The notes beneath the pieces are model-generated. The model was not told where the DNA came from and ran no database searches. It was given only the letters and a program-made list of their open reading frames with translations. Positions 1-9,265 of a stretch of 32,000 nucleotides of DNA are shown piece by piece. The first letter of the stretch is position 1; every line of letters starts with the position of its first letter. Origin of the DNA: Panacagrimonas sp. GTDB lineage: Bacteria; Pseudomonadota; Gammaproteobacteria; Nevskiales; Nevskiaceae. The stretch is from the NCBI GenBank assembly GCA_052389915.1, contig JBQTHL010000056.1:15481-47480 (forward strand). The letters are read 5' to 3'. The position numbers and the translations under genes are program-made.

Positions 1-309
1 CATGGTGTCGCCCGGGTGCACGCTGGCGACCATGCGCATCCGGCGACGCCGGAAAAACGTCGAGGGCCCTCCCCAGTCGGTGACAAGGCGATCGATGAAG
101 CCGTGGAAGAAGATCGTGCTGACGTAGATGTCCGGCTGGCCCTGCGCGCGTGCGTACTCGGGATTGTGATGGCCGGGAAAATAATCCCAGGTCGATGCCG
201 CATTCAGGATGATGCGTGCGTACTCGACCGCCAGCTCGATGGGCGGCAACACTTCGCCGGGTTTTACCTCCGACCAGAGTCGCTGCGGGTAGACGTTCGG
301 GCTGCTCAT
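1..309 (-). CDS. MaoC-like/hotdog-fold acyl dehydratase, N-terminal part only (gene runs off the left edge)
   Basis: My translation of the minus strand from ATG at 309-307 gives MSSPNVYPQRLWSEVKPGEVLPPIELAVEYARIILNAASTWDYFPGHHNPEYARAQGQPDIYVSTIFFHGFIDRLV..., open to position 1. The D..HHNPEYA block resembles the hydratase-2 active-site region. The start overlaps the upstream stop as ATGA (306-309). Not in the ORF track because it is truncated by the window. Confidence 0.7.
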   Translation of the reverse strand, partial: MSSPNVYPQRLWSEVKPGEVLPPIELAVEYARIILNAASTWDYFPGHHNPEYARAQGQPDIYVSTIFFHGFIDRLVTDWGGPSTFFRRRRMRMVASVHPGDTM

Positions 310-845
310 GCCGAGGGTGCCTCGTAGCGATACAGCACATTGGTCAGGCGCGCGACCCTCCGGCCCTGTGCGTCGAGCAGGTTCATGCAGGTGGTGACGA
401 AGTGGCCGCGGCCCAGGCGCGTGGTCTTTTCCCGGCCGATGTCGATGATCTCTTCGTACACGCTCAGGTGATCGCCCCAGCGGATCGGCCTGAAAAACTC
501 GCAGTCGGTCTCCACGTTGATGAACGTCTGTCCCGGCAGCGGCACCTCCACCGCCAGCGAGGGCGCTGAAGCCGGCACGCCGCCGGGCTTCCACGGCAGC
601 GACATGATCAGGCTCATCGTCAGGCCGCTCGGCGCCAGCGGAGCACCGAACTGCTCGGTGGCCCATTGCCGGTCCCAGTAAGCCGGGTTGCCATCCTCGG
701 ACAGTGCGGCGAAGGTTTTGCAGCGCGACTCGTCCACCGCCACGTCAGTCAGGCGCGTTGGGCCGCGTCGGCCGATCCACGCGCGCGCCTGCTCGTAGCT
801 GCCCTGCGCCGTCCCGACGTCACTGCGCTGAGGTGCCCGCGTCAT
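306..845 (-). CDS. Hotdog-fold MaoC-N-terminal-like dehydratase partner subunit (degenerate hydratase motif)
   Basis: ORF 306..1037 trimmed to ATG 845 (MTRAPQRSDV...), because the upstream 64 codons overlap SDR gene 854..1648. The motif region ...FAALSEDGNPAYWD... lacks the catalytic His. It is coupled to the downstream MaoC gene by an ATGA overlap, which is the typical two-gene heteromeric hydratase layout. Confidence 0.72.
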   Translation of the reverse strand: MTRAPQRSDVGTAQGSYEQARAWIGRRGPTRLTDVAVDESRCKTFAALSEDGNPAYWDRQWATEQFGAPLAPSGLTMSLIMSLPWKPGGVPASAPSLAVEVPLPGQTFINVETDCEFFRPIRWGDHLSVYEEIIDIGREKTTRLGRGHFVTTCMNLLDAQGRRVARLTNVLYRYEAPSA

Positions 846-853
846 GGCCGGCT

Positions 854-1648
854 TCAGCCGATCATGCTGTAGCCGCCGGACACCGACAGCACCTGACCGG
901 TGACATGCCCGGCCGCGAGCGGCGAGGAGAGGAACACGACTGCGCTCGCGATGTCGCGCGGTCGCCCGACTTTTTTCAGCGGCAGCGAGGCCGCGACTTT
1001 TTCGAGCTGATCGGGCGTGAACAGCGGCTTGGCCCACATGCTGCCACCGCCGACTTCATCCTCCGTTTCCGGAATCGTCACGCCGGGACAGACGCAGTTG
1101 CAGCGGATGCCGTAGCGGCCGTTTTCCTTGGCGATGGTCTTCATGAAGCTGTTGACGGCGGCCTTCATGCCGCCATAAACGGCCTCCTTGGGCTCACCCT
1201 GGCGGCTGGCGTCCGAGCTGATCGAGACGATGCTGCCGACGGCCTGTGCCGGAATCATTTTCTCGAGCGCCGCGCGCGTGCAGTTGAGCACACCATGGAA
1301 ATTGATGCGGATGATCTTTTCCCAGAACTCGGGTGTGGTCTGCATGAAGAACATCAACTGGTCCCAGCCGACGTTATTCACCAGCGCGTCGATGGCGCCG
1401 TAGCGGGTTACGGCCGCCTCCATCAGTGCCTGGGCCTGGTCGAGTTGCGTGACGTCCGTGCGCACCACCTGCACGTCGGCAGCGCCGGCCGTGCGCGCCA
1501 GCTCGGCAACCTTGCCAGCCTGACCCTCATCGATGTCGCCGATGGTGATGCGTGCGCCTTCGGCAGCGAAGCCGAGCACGATGGCGCGACCGATATTGGA
1601 GCCGCCGCCGGTAACGACCACGGATTTGCCGCCCAGTCCTAGGTCCAC
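854..1648 (-). CDS. Short-chain dehydrogenase/reductase (SDR)
   Basis: 264 aa. Has the Rossmann motif VVVTGGGSNIGRAI, NNVG, and catalytic S...YGGMKAAV (Y-x3-K). GTG start at 1648 is preceded by AAGGAGG. Confidence 0.9.
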   Translation of the reverse strand: MDLGLGGKSVVVTGGGSNIGRAIVLGFAAEGARITIGDIDEGQAGKVAELARTAGAADVQVVRTDVTQLDQAQALMEAAVTRYGAIDALVNNVGWDQLMFFMQTTPEFWEKIIRINFHGVLNCTRAALEKMIPAQAVGSIVSISSDASRQGEPKEAVYGGMKAAVNSFMKTIAKENGRYGIRCNCVCPGVTIPETEDEVGGGSMWAKPLFTPDQLEKVAASLPLKKVGRPRDIASAVVFLSSPLAAGHVTGQVLSVSGGYSMIG

Positions 1649-1713
1649 TTTTCAACCTCCTTGAAGTCCCGTTGTCGGGTACGAGTCCGAGCGCCGAAGA
1701 GTATCGCATCAAT

Positions 1714-1727
1714 CTATCGAATGATAG
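1714..1727. promoter_or_regulatory. Perfect 5-4-5 palindrome CTATC-GAAT-GATAG in the SDR/tetR divergent intergenic region; candidate TetR operator
   Basis: Read directly. It lies about 18 nt upstream of an extended -10-like TGGTATAGT (1742-1750) oriented toward tetR. The region 1700-1760 is conspicuously AT-rich compared with its flanks. Confidence 0.35.
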
Positions 1728-1833
1728 TTAGAAAATAAACTTGGTATAGTGTGGTTCGCTCGGAGCCTTGCCCGCACGCTGCGCTGCGTAAATGATTGAT
1801 TCTTCGACCGAAGGCCCACAGGAAGACAACAAC

Positions 1834-2490
1834 ATGGCGTCAACGAGGCAACAAGTAGCGCGCACCAAGCGCCGGGCGCAGACCGAGGCTCCATCCGATT
1901 TGACGCGAAAGTACATTCTCAAGGCCGCTGCCAAGCTGTTTCGTGATCAAGGGTACGTCGCGACGACTTTGCGACAGATCGCAGACGCATCGGGGATTCA
2001 AGCCGGTAGCATCTATTACCACTTCCGTTCCAAAGACGAGATCCTTGCCGAGATTCTGGATGTCGGGATCGACGAGGTGCAAAAGGCGGTAGTAGAGCGA
2101 TTGTCACGGTTGCCTGCGAACGCCAGCGCACGGCAAAAGATCGCAGCGGCGATCGAGGGTCATCTCATGGGGTTGCTGCAGCATGGGGATTTCACGTCGG
2201 CCAGCATTCGCGTCTACGGACAACTCCCGGCTGAGCTGAAGCGATCGAATCAGGCGCGCCGGGCCAGTTATAGCCAGTTTTGGGACGGCCTCCTTGCGGA
2301 GGCAGGGGAACGCGGAGAACTCCGGAAGGGCGTGGACCTCCACATCGCCCGCCTGGTCATCCTGGGCGCCGTGAACTGGACCGTCGAGTGGTATGACGCG
2401 AAACGAGGGTCGGTGGAGGCCGTTGCCAAGGAGATTGCGTTCCTCATTTCCGGTGGGACGTTCGGTGCTCAAGTTGGCAAGAAAGCGTAG
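1834..2490 (+). CDS. TetR/AcrR family transcriptional regulator
   Basis: HTH region KYILKAAAKLFRDQGYVATTLRQIADASGIQAGSIYYHFRSKDEIL. The ORF track starts at ATG 1792. I prefer ATG 1834 (MASTRQQ...) because GGAAG sits 9 nt upstream, but either start is possible. Confidence 0.88.
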   Translation: MASTRQQVARTKRRAQTEAPSDLTRKYILKAAAKLFRDQGYVATTLRQIADASGIQAGSIYYHFRSKDEILAEILDVGIDEVQKAVVERLSRLPANASARQKIAAAIEGHLMGLLQHGDFTSASIRVYGQLPAELKRSNQARRASYSQFWDGLLAEAGERGELRKGVDLHIARLVILGAVNWTVEWYDAKRGSVEAVAKEIAFLISGGTFGAQVGKKA

Positions 2491-2578
2491 TCGCTGTCGA
2501 CGCGGTCTTTTTCAACGCTGGCATTCAAACACAGTGTGGTTTTATTCAACACCCTAACAAAGGTTCAACAGGTTAACG

Positions 2579-3325
2579 ATGAAAGCATTGGTCAGCGTCA
2601 AGCGCGCGGTCGACTACAACGTCCGCATCCAGGTCAAGCCGGACGGCTCGGGCGTGGTCACCGAGGGCGTGAAGCACTCGATGAACCCTTTCGACGAGAT
2701 CGCGATGGAAGAGGCGGTGCGCCTGAAGGAAAAGGGCAAGCTCACCGAGATTGTCGCGATCACGGTTGGCGGCGCGAAGAACGAAGAGACGCTGCGTTCG
2801 GCGCTCGCGTTCGGTGCGGACCGCGCCATCCACATCAAGGAAGAGGGCGAGATCCAGCCGCTGACCGCCGCCAAGGCGCTCGCCGCCGCGTTCAAGGCCG
2901 AGGGCGCGCAGCTGTTCATCGCCGGCAAGCAGGCGATCGATGACGACGCCAACCAGACCGGCCAGATGATCGCCGCGCTGCTGGACCTGCCGCAGGCGAC
3001 GTTCGCATCCAAGGTGGAGCTTGATGGCAACAAGGCCGTCGTGACGCGTGAAGTCGACGCCGGTCTGGAGACGCTGGAAGTCGATCTTCCCGCCGTCATC
3101 ACCGCCGACCTGCGCTTGAACGAGCCGCGCTATCTCAAGCTGCCGGACATCATGAAGGCGAAGAAGAAGCCCATCGACGTCAAGACGCTCGCCGACCTCG
3201 GCGTCTCCGCCGGCGCGGGCCTCAAGACCACCAAGACCTCCGCGCCGCCGAAGCGCTCGAAGGGCATCGTGGTCAAGACCGTCGATGAACTCGTTGCCGC
3301 CCTGAAGTCGAAGGGGCTGGTTTAA
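2579..3325 (+). CDS. etfB: Electron transfer flavoprotein beta subunit
   Basis: 248 aa. [26 protein letters not shown]... and [16 protein letters not shown] are hallmark ETF-beta blocks. It is followed 45 nt later by etfA. Confidence 0.95.
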   Translation: MKALVSVKRAVDYNVRIQVKPDGSGVVTEGVKHSMNPFDEIAMEEAVRLKEKGKLTEIVAITVGGAKNEETLRSALAFGADRAIHIKEEGEIQPLTAAKALAAAFKAEGAQLFIAGKQAIDDDANQTGQMIAALLDLPQATFASKVELDGNKAVVTREVDAGLETLEVDLPAVITADLRLNEPRYLKLPDIMKAKKKPIDVKTLADLGVSAGAGLKTTKTSAPPKRSKGIVVKTVDELVAALKSKGLV

Positions 3326-3370
3326 TCCATTCATTTACGGGGTCGTTAGACCCCGCTGGAAAGTAATGAC

Positions 3371-4309
3371 ATGACATCCAAGATTCTCGTCATCGCAGAA
3401 CACGCCGACGGCAAGCTGTCCGCCGCCGTCTCCAAGACCGTTTCCGCTGCATCGAAGATCGGCGGTGAAGTCCACGTCGCGGTGTTTGCCGTCGACGGCG
3501 CCGCCGTCGCAGATCAGGCCGCGCAGATCGCCGGTGTCAGCAAGGTGCTCACGGTCAACAACGCCGCAAACGATCACGCGCTGGCCGCGACGCTGGCGCC
3601 GCAGATCGTGGAACTCGCCAAGGGTTACAGCCACGTGCTGTTCCCGGGCACGACGTTCGGCAAGGACCTTGCGCCGCGCGTGGCCGCCAAGCTCGACGTG
3701 CAGCAGGTCAGCGACATCATGGCCGTGCACAGCGCCACATCGTTCGACCGCCCGATCTATGCCGGCAACGCGATCTGCACCGTCGAAGCCCCGGCCGCGC
3801 CGCTGGTGCTCGGCACCGTGCGTCTGGCCTCGTTCCAGGCCGCCGCGGGTGGCAACAGCGCGCCGGTCGAAGCAGCTGCGGTCTCCGCCACGCTGCCGAC
3901 GCACACGCGCTTTGTGTCGCTGGCCGCACAGAAATCCGAGCGACCGGAACTGCAGTCCGCGAACCGCGTCGTCTCCGGGGGTCGTGCGCTGGCGAGCAGC
4001 GACAACTTCAAGATCATCTACGAGCTCGCCGACAAGCTGAAGGCCGGCGTTGGTGCCTCGCGCGCTGCGGTGGATTCGGGCTATGTGCCGAACGACATGC
4101 AGGTCGGCCAGACCGGGAAGATCATCGCGCCGGAGCTGTACATCGCCATCGGCATCTCTGGCGCGATCCAGCATCTCGCGGGCATCAAGGACGCGCGCAC
4201 CATCGTGGCGATCAACAAGGATGCCGAGGCGCCAATCTTCGAGATCGCGGACTTCGGCATCGTGGGCGATCTGTTCACGCTGGTGCCGGAACTGACCAGC
4301 AAGGTCTGA
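3371..4309 (+). CDS. etfA: Electron transfer flavoprotein alpha subunit
   Basis: 312 aa. The C-terminal FAD-binding block [37 protein letters not shown] is diagnostic of ETF-alpha. Confidence 0.95.
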   Translation: MTSKILVIAEHADGKLSAAVSKTVSAASKIGGEVHVAVFAVDGAAVADQAAQIAGVSKVLTVNNAANDHALAATLAPQIVELAKGYSHVLFPGTTFGKDLAPRVAAKLDVQQVSDIMAVHSATSFDRPIYAGNAICTVEAPAAPLVLGTVRLASFQAAAGGNSAPVEAAAVSATLPTHTRFVSLAAQKSERPELQSANRVVSGGRALASSDNFKIIYELADKLKAGVGASRAAVDSGYVPNDMQVGQTGKIIAPELYIAIGISGAIQHLAGIKDARTIVAINKDAEAPIFEIADFGIVGDLFTLVPELTSKV

Positions 4310-4327
4310 GCAACGCGACGATGTGAA

Positions 4328-4353
4328 ACGAGGGCCGGGAAACCGGCCCTCGT
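4328..4353. terminator. Convergent (bidirectional) terminator hairpin between etfA and the acyl-CoA dehydrogenase gene
   Basis: ACGAGGGCCGG-GAAA-CCGGCCCTCGT: a perfect 11-bp GC-rich stem with a GAAA loop, in the 60-nt gap between two convergent stops. On the minus strand it is followed by TTTCACAT. There is no long U-tract on the plus strand. Confidence 0.5.
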
Positions 4354-4369
4354 CGTCTCAGCGCCGGCG

Positions 4370-5521
4370 TCAGTATCCCAGCTGGCGCGAAGCGAGGTCC
4401 TTCATGATCTCGGTGGCGCCACCGCCGATCGACAGCACCTTGGTCTCGCGGAAGATGCGCTCCACCTTCGAGCCGCGCAGGTAGCCCGCGCCGCCGAAGA
4501 TCTGTACCGCTTCGCCCGCGATCTCTTCCAGCGCGGTGGTCGACAGGTTCTTCAGCAGGCAGATCTCGGACACTGGCATGTGACCCTGCGTGACCTGCCA
4601 GCACAGCAGGTCGAGCTGGGCCTTGATCGCTTCCAGCTTCATCTTCATGTCCACCAGCTTGTGGCGGATCACCTGGCGCGCGATCAGCGGCTGGCCGAAG
4701 GTCTGGCGCTCGCGCGCATAGGCCAGCGCCTCTTCGTAGCAGACCTGGCCGAAGCCCCAGGCCTGCGCCGCGAGCATCAGGCGCTCGTTGTTGAAGTTCT
4801 CCATCACCAGCTTGAAGCCGCGGTTTTCCTCGCCGATCAGGTTGGCGGCCGGCACGCGGCAATCCTCGAAGTAGAGCGTGGCGGTGTCGGAACACCACCA
4901 GCCCATCTTCTGCAGTGGCGTCCGCGTGAAGCCCGGCGTGCCGGCCTCCACCACCAGCAGCGAGACGCCGCCCATTCCCGCACCACCGGTGCGCACCGCC
5001 ACGGTGATGAAGTCGGCGCGCACGCCCGATGTGATGAAGGTCTTGGAACCGTTGACGAGGTAGTGATCGCCGTCACGGCGCGCGGTGGTGCGCAGGTTGG
5101 CCACGTCCGAGCCGCCGCCGGGCTCGGTGATGGCCAGTGCGGCGATCTTGCTGCCGTCCATGACTGGCCGCAGGAAACGCTCCTTCTGCGCCGCCGTGCC
5201 GTGCGCCGCGATCGGCGGGCTGCCGATGCGATGACTGACCAGGCTTGCGATGAGTCCGCCTGATCCGGAGCGCGCCAGCTCTTCGGCCATGATCGACTGG
5301 TAGAACGGATCCTCGTCGCCCGTGCCGCCGTATTCTTCGGGAAATCCGATTCCGAGAACACCGGCCTCGGCGGCCTTGACCTGCAGTTCGCGCGGCAGCT
5401 CGCCGGCCTGTTCCCAGGCCTCGATGTGGGGATCACATTCCTTCTGAACGAAGCGCCGTACCTGGCCGCGGTAGATCTCGTGCTCTTCGGTCAGAAACGG
5501 GTGGGGCGCGGCGGTGGTCAT
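4370..5521 (-). CDS. Acyl-CoA dehydrogenase
   Basis: 383 aa. Contains [26 protein letters not shown] (helix-G Glu as in the LCAD/IVD type) and [34 protein letters not shown] is preceded by AGGAG. Confidence 0.93.
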   Translation of the reverse strand: MTTAAPHPFLTEEHEIYRGQVRRFVQKECDPHIEAWEQAGELPRELQVKAAEAGVLGIGFPEEYGGTGDEDPFYQSIMAEELARSGSGGLIASLVSHRIGSPPIAAHGTAAQKERFLRPVMDGSKIAALAITEPGGGSDVANLRTTARRDGDHYLVNGSKTFITSGVRADFITVAVRTGGAGMGGVSLLVVEAGTPGFTRTPLQKMGWWCSDTATLYFEDCRVPAANLIGEENRGFKLVMENFNNERLMLAAQAWGFGQVCYEEALAYARERQTFGQPLIARQVIRHKLVDMKMKLEAIKAQLDLLCWQVTQGHMPVSEICLLKNLSTTALEEIAGEAVQIFGGAGYLRGSKVERIFRETKVLSIGGGATEIMKDLASRQLGY

Positions 5522-5536
5522 CGTGGACGCTCCTGA

Positions 5537-6679
5537 TCAGGCTGCACGCGGCAGGCGCGTGACACGGTCGAGGTGGCGCTCACGGTTGCCGTAGAGCGTG
5601 CCGAACGTGGTGAGCTGGCGGAACAGGTGGCCCACATCGAGTTCCTCGGTCACGCCGATGCCACCATGCAGCTGCACCGCCTGCTGGGCGACGAACTTGC
5701 TCGCCTTGCACAGGTACGCCTTGGTGGCCGAGGCCGCGCGTCGGCGCTCGTTGGCATCGGCGCTGTCCACGCGCACGCCCGCCATCAACACCATCGAGCG
5801 CGACTGCTCAATCTCCACGAACATGTCAGCCAGGCGGTGCTGTAGCGATTGGAAGCTGCCGATGGGCACGCCGAACTGCTTGCGCACCTTCAGGTAGGCC
5901 GCGGTGCGCTCGAACAGCGCGCCCATCGCGCCGAGCGCCTGCGCGCAGGACGCAACGGTGGCGTGGTCCAGCGCTGCGTCCAGCGCCGCGAAGCCGGCGT
6001 CTGCCTTGCCGATCAGCGCGCTCGCGGGCACTTCGACACCGTCCAGGATCACGTCGGCCGCCGTGCCGCCGCCCATGATCGGATAGCGCTCGAGCTTCAC
6101 GCCGGCAGCGGCGGGGTCGATCTCGAACAGGCTGATGCCAGCGGCTTCGCCCGCCTTTCCGGCGGTGCGCGCGCTCACCAGCAGGCGCTGCGCGTTGGGC
6201 GCGTTGAGTACGCACTGCTTGCGGCCGCTGATCACGTAGCCGGCCTTGGCCGGCTTGGCCTGCGTGGCGCAGACGGCCGGGTCCTGGCGGTCGCCGGCCT
6301 CGCTCCATGCCACGGCAAGCTGCAGGCTGCCGGCGGCCAGCGGTACGAGCAGCCGGGTCGCGGCCGCCTCGTCGCCCGAGAGCACGACGAGGCGCGCCGG
6401 GAGCACCGCGCCGGAGACGAAGGGCTCCAGCACCATGCCGGCACCGAGCGCCTCGGCCACCAGCGCGATGTCGGTTCCGCTGCCGGAAAGGCCGCCCGCC
6501 GATTCGGGAACCGGCAGGGCCAGCCAGCCGAACTCGGCGATCTGCGCCCAGGCGGTGGGGTCGAGATGCCCGTCGAGCTTCAGGGTGGTCTTGTAGCGCT
6601 CGAAGCCATAGCCCTTGAGGGCGAACTTGGTGGCGCTGTCCTTGAGCAACTGCTGCTCGGAGGAAAAGGAAAAGTCCAT
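5537..6679 (-). CDS. Acyl-CoA dehydrogenase-like protein, probable non-catalytic/FAD-less partner subunit
   Basis: 380 aa with an overall ACAD fold signature (...QLHGGIGVTEELDVGHLFR...). The FAD/substrate loop reads AWSEAGDRQD instead of TEPG-GSD. Both possible catalytic-base positions lack Glu (DHATVAS; TLYGNRE). It sits 18 nt downstream of a canonical ACAD gene. Confidence 0.85.
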   Translation of the reverse strand: MDFSFSSEQQLLKDSATKFALKGYGFERYKTTLKLDGHLDPTAWAQIAEFGWLALPVPESAGGLSGSGTDIALVAEALGAGMVLEPFVSGAVLPARLVVLSGDEAAATRLLVPLAAGSLQLAVAWSEAGDRQDPAVCATQAKPAKAGYVISGRKQCVLNAPNAQRLLVSARTAGKAGEAAGISLFEIDPAAAGVKLERYPIMGGGTAADVILDGVEVPASALIGKADAGFAALDAALDHATVASCAQALGAMGALFERTAAYLKVRKQFGVPIGSFQSLQHRLADMFVEIEQSRSMVLMAGVRVDSADANERRRAASATKAYLCKASKFVAQQAVQLHGGIGVTEELDVGHLFRQLTTFGTLYGNRERHLDRVTRLPRAA

Positions 6680-6697
6680 GGTCGTTTACTCGGTTGC

Positions 6698-7852
6698 TTA
6701 CAGGCCAAGCAGCAGCTTGGACAGGACGTTCTTCTGGATCTCGTTGGTGCCGCCGTAGATGCTGCTGGCGCGCAGGAAGTTGTAGCGCGTGGTCGCGCCG
6801 CGGAAGACTGTGTGGCCTTCGCCTTCCTCGCTGAGCCAGGGCAGGGCGGACAGGCCGCCGAGTTCCACCTGGGCCTCGGAGATTGCTTGCTGCAACTCGG
6901 CGCCCTTGATCTTGAGGCCGGAGGATTCCGGTCCCGGCGCCTTGCCACGCGCCAGGCGATCCAGAGTGCGCAGGTTGGTGTACTCCAGCGCCATCAGGTC
7001 CACTTCCAGCTCGGCGAGGCGGCGCGCCACGACCGGGTCATCGGCCAGCGCGGGCTCGCTGCCGATCGCCTCGCGCAGCAGGGCGAGCTGATACTTGCTG
7101 TCGGAGACGCCCGCGATGGCGGTGCGCTCGTGGCCGAGCAGGTACTTGGCGATGGTCCAGCCTTCGCCTTCCTTGCCCACGAGGTTTTCCGCCGGCACCT
7201 TGACATCGGTGAAGAACACCTCGTTCAAGTGGTGATGGCCGTCGATGGTCATGATCGGCCGGATCTCGATGCCGGGCGTCTTCATGTCGACCAGCAGGAA
7301 GGAGATGCCCTGCTGCTTGGGCACCTCGTTGTTGGTGCGGCACAAGCAGAAGATGTAGCTCGCCCAGTGGCCCTGCGTGGTCCAGATCTTCTGGCCATTG
7401 ACCACGTAGTGATCGCCGGAGCGCACCGCCTGCGTCTTGAGGCTGGCCAGGTCCGAGCCCGAACCGGGCTCGGAGTATCCCTGGCACCAGAACACCTCGC
7501 CTCGCGCGATCGGCGGCAGGTTGCGGGCCTTCTGCTCGTCATTGCCGTAGTGCATCAGCACCGGGCCGAGCATGGCTAGGCCGAATGGGCTGCCGACCGG
7601 CGCACCGGCCAGCGCGCGCTCCATGTCGAAGATATAGCGCTGCGTGGCGCTCCAGCCCGGCCCGCCGTACTCCTTGGGCCAGTTGTACGCCAGCCAGCCC
7701 TTGGCGCCGAGCTTGCGCTCCCAGGCGGTCTGCGTCGCGAGGTCGCTGGGCAGGCCGATTTCCGGACCGGCCTTGGGCGGCACGTTAGCACGCAGCCAGT
7801 TGCGGACTTCGGCGCGAAACGCCTCGTCCTCTGGCGAAAAATCCAGATCCAT
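6698..7852 (-). CDS. Acyl-CoA dehydrogenase (probable catalytic subunit of a heteromeric pair)
   Basis: 384 aa. Contains CQGYSEPGSGSDLASLKT, LLGHERTAIAG and SSIYGGTNEIQKNVL. ATG 7852 has GGAG 9 nt upstream. Confidence 0.92.
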   Translation of the reverse strand: MDLDFSPEDEAFRAEVRNWLRANVPPKAGPEIGLPSDLATQTAWERKLGAKGWLAYNWPKEYGGPGWSATQRYIFDMERALAGAPVGSPFGLAMLGPVLMHYGNDEQKARNLPPIARGEVFWCQGYSEPGSGSDLASLKTQAVRSGDHYVVNGQKIWTTQGHWASYIFCLCRTNNEVPKQQGISFLLVDMKTPGIEIRPIMTIDGHHHLNEVFFTDVKVPAENLVGKEGEGWTIAKYLLGHERTAIAGVSDSKYQLALLREAIGSEPALADDPVVARRLAELEVDLMALEYTNLRTLDRLARGKAPGPESSGLKIKGAELQQAISEAQVELGGLSALPWLSEEGEGHTVFRGATTRYNFLRASSIYGGTNEIQKNVLSKLLLGL

Positions 7853-7951
7853 GGTGTTGCTCCAGTATGAAGAAAGGTGAATGAAGGTGCAGCGAATTCG
7901 GGATCGAGGTGTGTTTCGGCCCGGCGCGTTGGGCCGCGCGCGGCAGGCCTC

Positions 7952-8359
7952 TCAGACCAGGAACAGCTGCCGTCCCCACAGGACTATGAGCACCAGCCAG
8001 CCCAGTGCATACGCCTGCAGGCGCCGCACCACCACGTTGCCGAACAGGTGCACGAACGAATGCAGCAAGCGCGCGGCGACGAAGGCCCAGGCCAGCGCCA
8101 CCGTCGGCGTGTCGTGGCCGGAAGAAGGTATCAACGCCGCGCAACTGGCCATGAACAGCAACGGCACCTGGAACTGGTTGTCGTAATGCCGGCCCAGCAC
8201 CACCATCCTCTCCGGCGGCGGCGTGCCAGAGTACGTGGAAAAGTACTCGATGCCGACCTCGCCGCGCTTCACGGCGCGCACGCGCACCACGGCCAGCGCC
8301 AGGAACAGCGCGAATACGTAGAGCACATAGAGGCCGACGGGCCAGGCCAGCGGGCTCAT
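7952..8359 (-). CDS. MAPEG-family small integral membrane protein (tentative family call)
   Basis: 135 aa with about four hydrophobic helices. The blocks RHYDNQFQVPLLF and ARLLHSFVH resemble the MAPEG family as I remember it. Its start overlaps the upstream hydrolase stop as ATGA (8356-8359). Confidence 0.65.
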   Translation of the reverse strand: MSPLAWPVGLYVLYVFALFLALAVVRVRAVKRGEVGIEYFSTYSGTPPPERMVVLGRHYDNQFQVPLLFMASCAALIPSSGHDTPTVALAWAFVAARLLHSFVHLFGNVVVRRLQAYALGWLVLIVLWGRQLFLV

Positions 8360-9255
8360 CGTGCCTCGGAGGTCGCGGGCACGCGCCGGCGCAGGAAGTC
8401 GATGACGGCGTCACTGAACAGGTCGTTGCGGTCGCCCGCCACCATGTGGCCGGCCTCGGCCACGTCGGCGAGTTCCGCGTGCGGGATCAGTTCCTGCATC
8501 GCGCGAGCGCCCTCGGGGCTCACCACGTCGCTGCTGCCGCCGCGCACGAGCAGGGTGGGCACGGTGATCTTGCGCGCGGCGGCCTCGCGGCGCTCCTGCT
8601 GCACCAGGGCTTCGCCGGCTTGGGTGCGGGTGGCGTGATCCAGGAATCTCGGGTCCCAGTGCCAGTACCAGCGGCCAGCGCGCAGGCGCAGGTTCTTGCT
8701 CAGGCCCTTGGTGTCTCGCGGGCGTGGCCGGTGCGGGTTGTAGGCGGCAACGGCGTCGAGTGCGTCGTCCAGGCTGGCGAAGCCCGCGGTGTGGGCGCGC
8801 ATGAAATCCAGCACGCGCGCCACGCCGCTGGGTTCCAGCCGCGCCGCGATATCCACCAGCACCAGCGCCCGCGCGAAGGACGCATCCAGCTCTCCGAGCG
8901 CGACCATGGAGGTCATTCCTCCCATCGATGCACCGATCAGCACCGGCGGCGCGGCCAGCGTTCGCGCAACCGCGCGCAGGTCGGCGATCAGGGCATCGGC
9001 GCTGTAGTCGCCATTGGCGGACCATTCGCTGTCGCCATGCCCGCGCGCGTCATAGGACAGCACGTGATAGCCAGCGGCGGCAAGGCGCACCGCGGTGCCG
9101 GCCCAGGCGTGGCGGGTCTGACCGCCGCCGTGCAACAGGATCACCGGGATGGCGGAAGGATCGCCGGCCTGCTCGGCGGCGAGCCGGTTGCCTTCACGGC
9201 CCAGGAGCTGGACCTGCGTAAGCGAAAAATGGGGTTTCTGGAGATCGACGTTCAC
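8356..9255 (-). CDS. Alpha/beta-fold hydrolase
   Basis: 299 aa. Has the oxyanion region PVILLHGGGQTRHAW, the nucleophile elbow GASMGG and the C-terminal His region EAGHMVAGD. GTG start has no clear SD, so the start is uncertain. Confidence 0.85.
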   Translation of the reverse strand: MNVDLQKPHFSLTQVQLLGREGNRLAAEQAGDPSAIPVILLHGGGQTRHAWAGTAVRLAAAGYHVLSYDARGHGDSEWSANGDYSADALIADLRAVARTLAAPPVLIGASMGGMTSMVALGELDASFARALVLVDIAARLEPSGVARVLDFMRAHTAGFASLDDALDAVAAYNPHRPRPRDTKGLSKNLRLRAGRWYWHWDPRFLDHATRTQAGEALVQQERREAAARKITVPTLLVRGGSSDVVSPEGARAMQELIPHAELADVAEAGHMVAGDRNDLFSDAVIDFLRRRVPATSEAR

Positions 9256-9265
9256 GCGAAAGGGA

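Noticed and set aside
5849-7579. 576-aa plus-strand ORF antisense to two acyl-CoA dehydrogenase genes. Similar long antisense ORFs lie at 17677..18957, 20964..22499, 25993..27621, 27939..29126 and 30058..31608.
   Set aside because: These are typical high-GC shadow ORFs. Their translations are Arg/Ala/Gly/His-rich and low in complexity, with no recognisable motifs. Each is fully overlapped by an opposite-strand gene that has clear family signatures.
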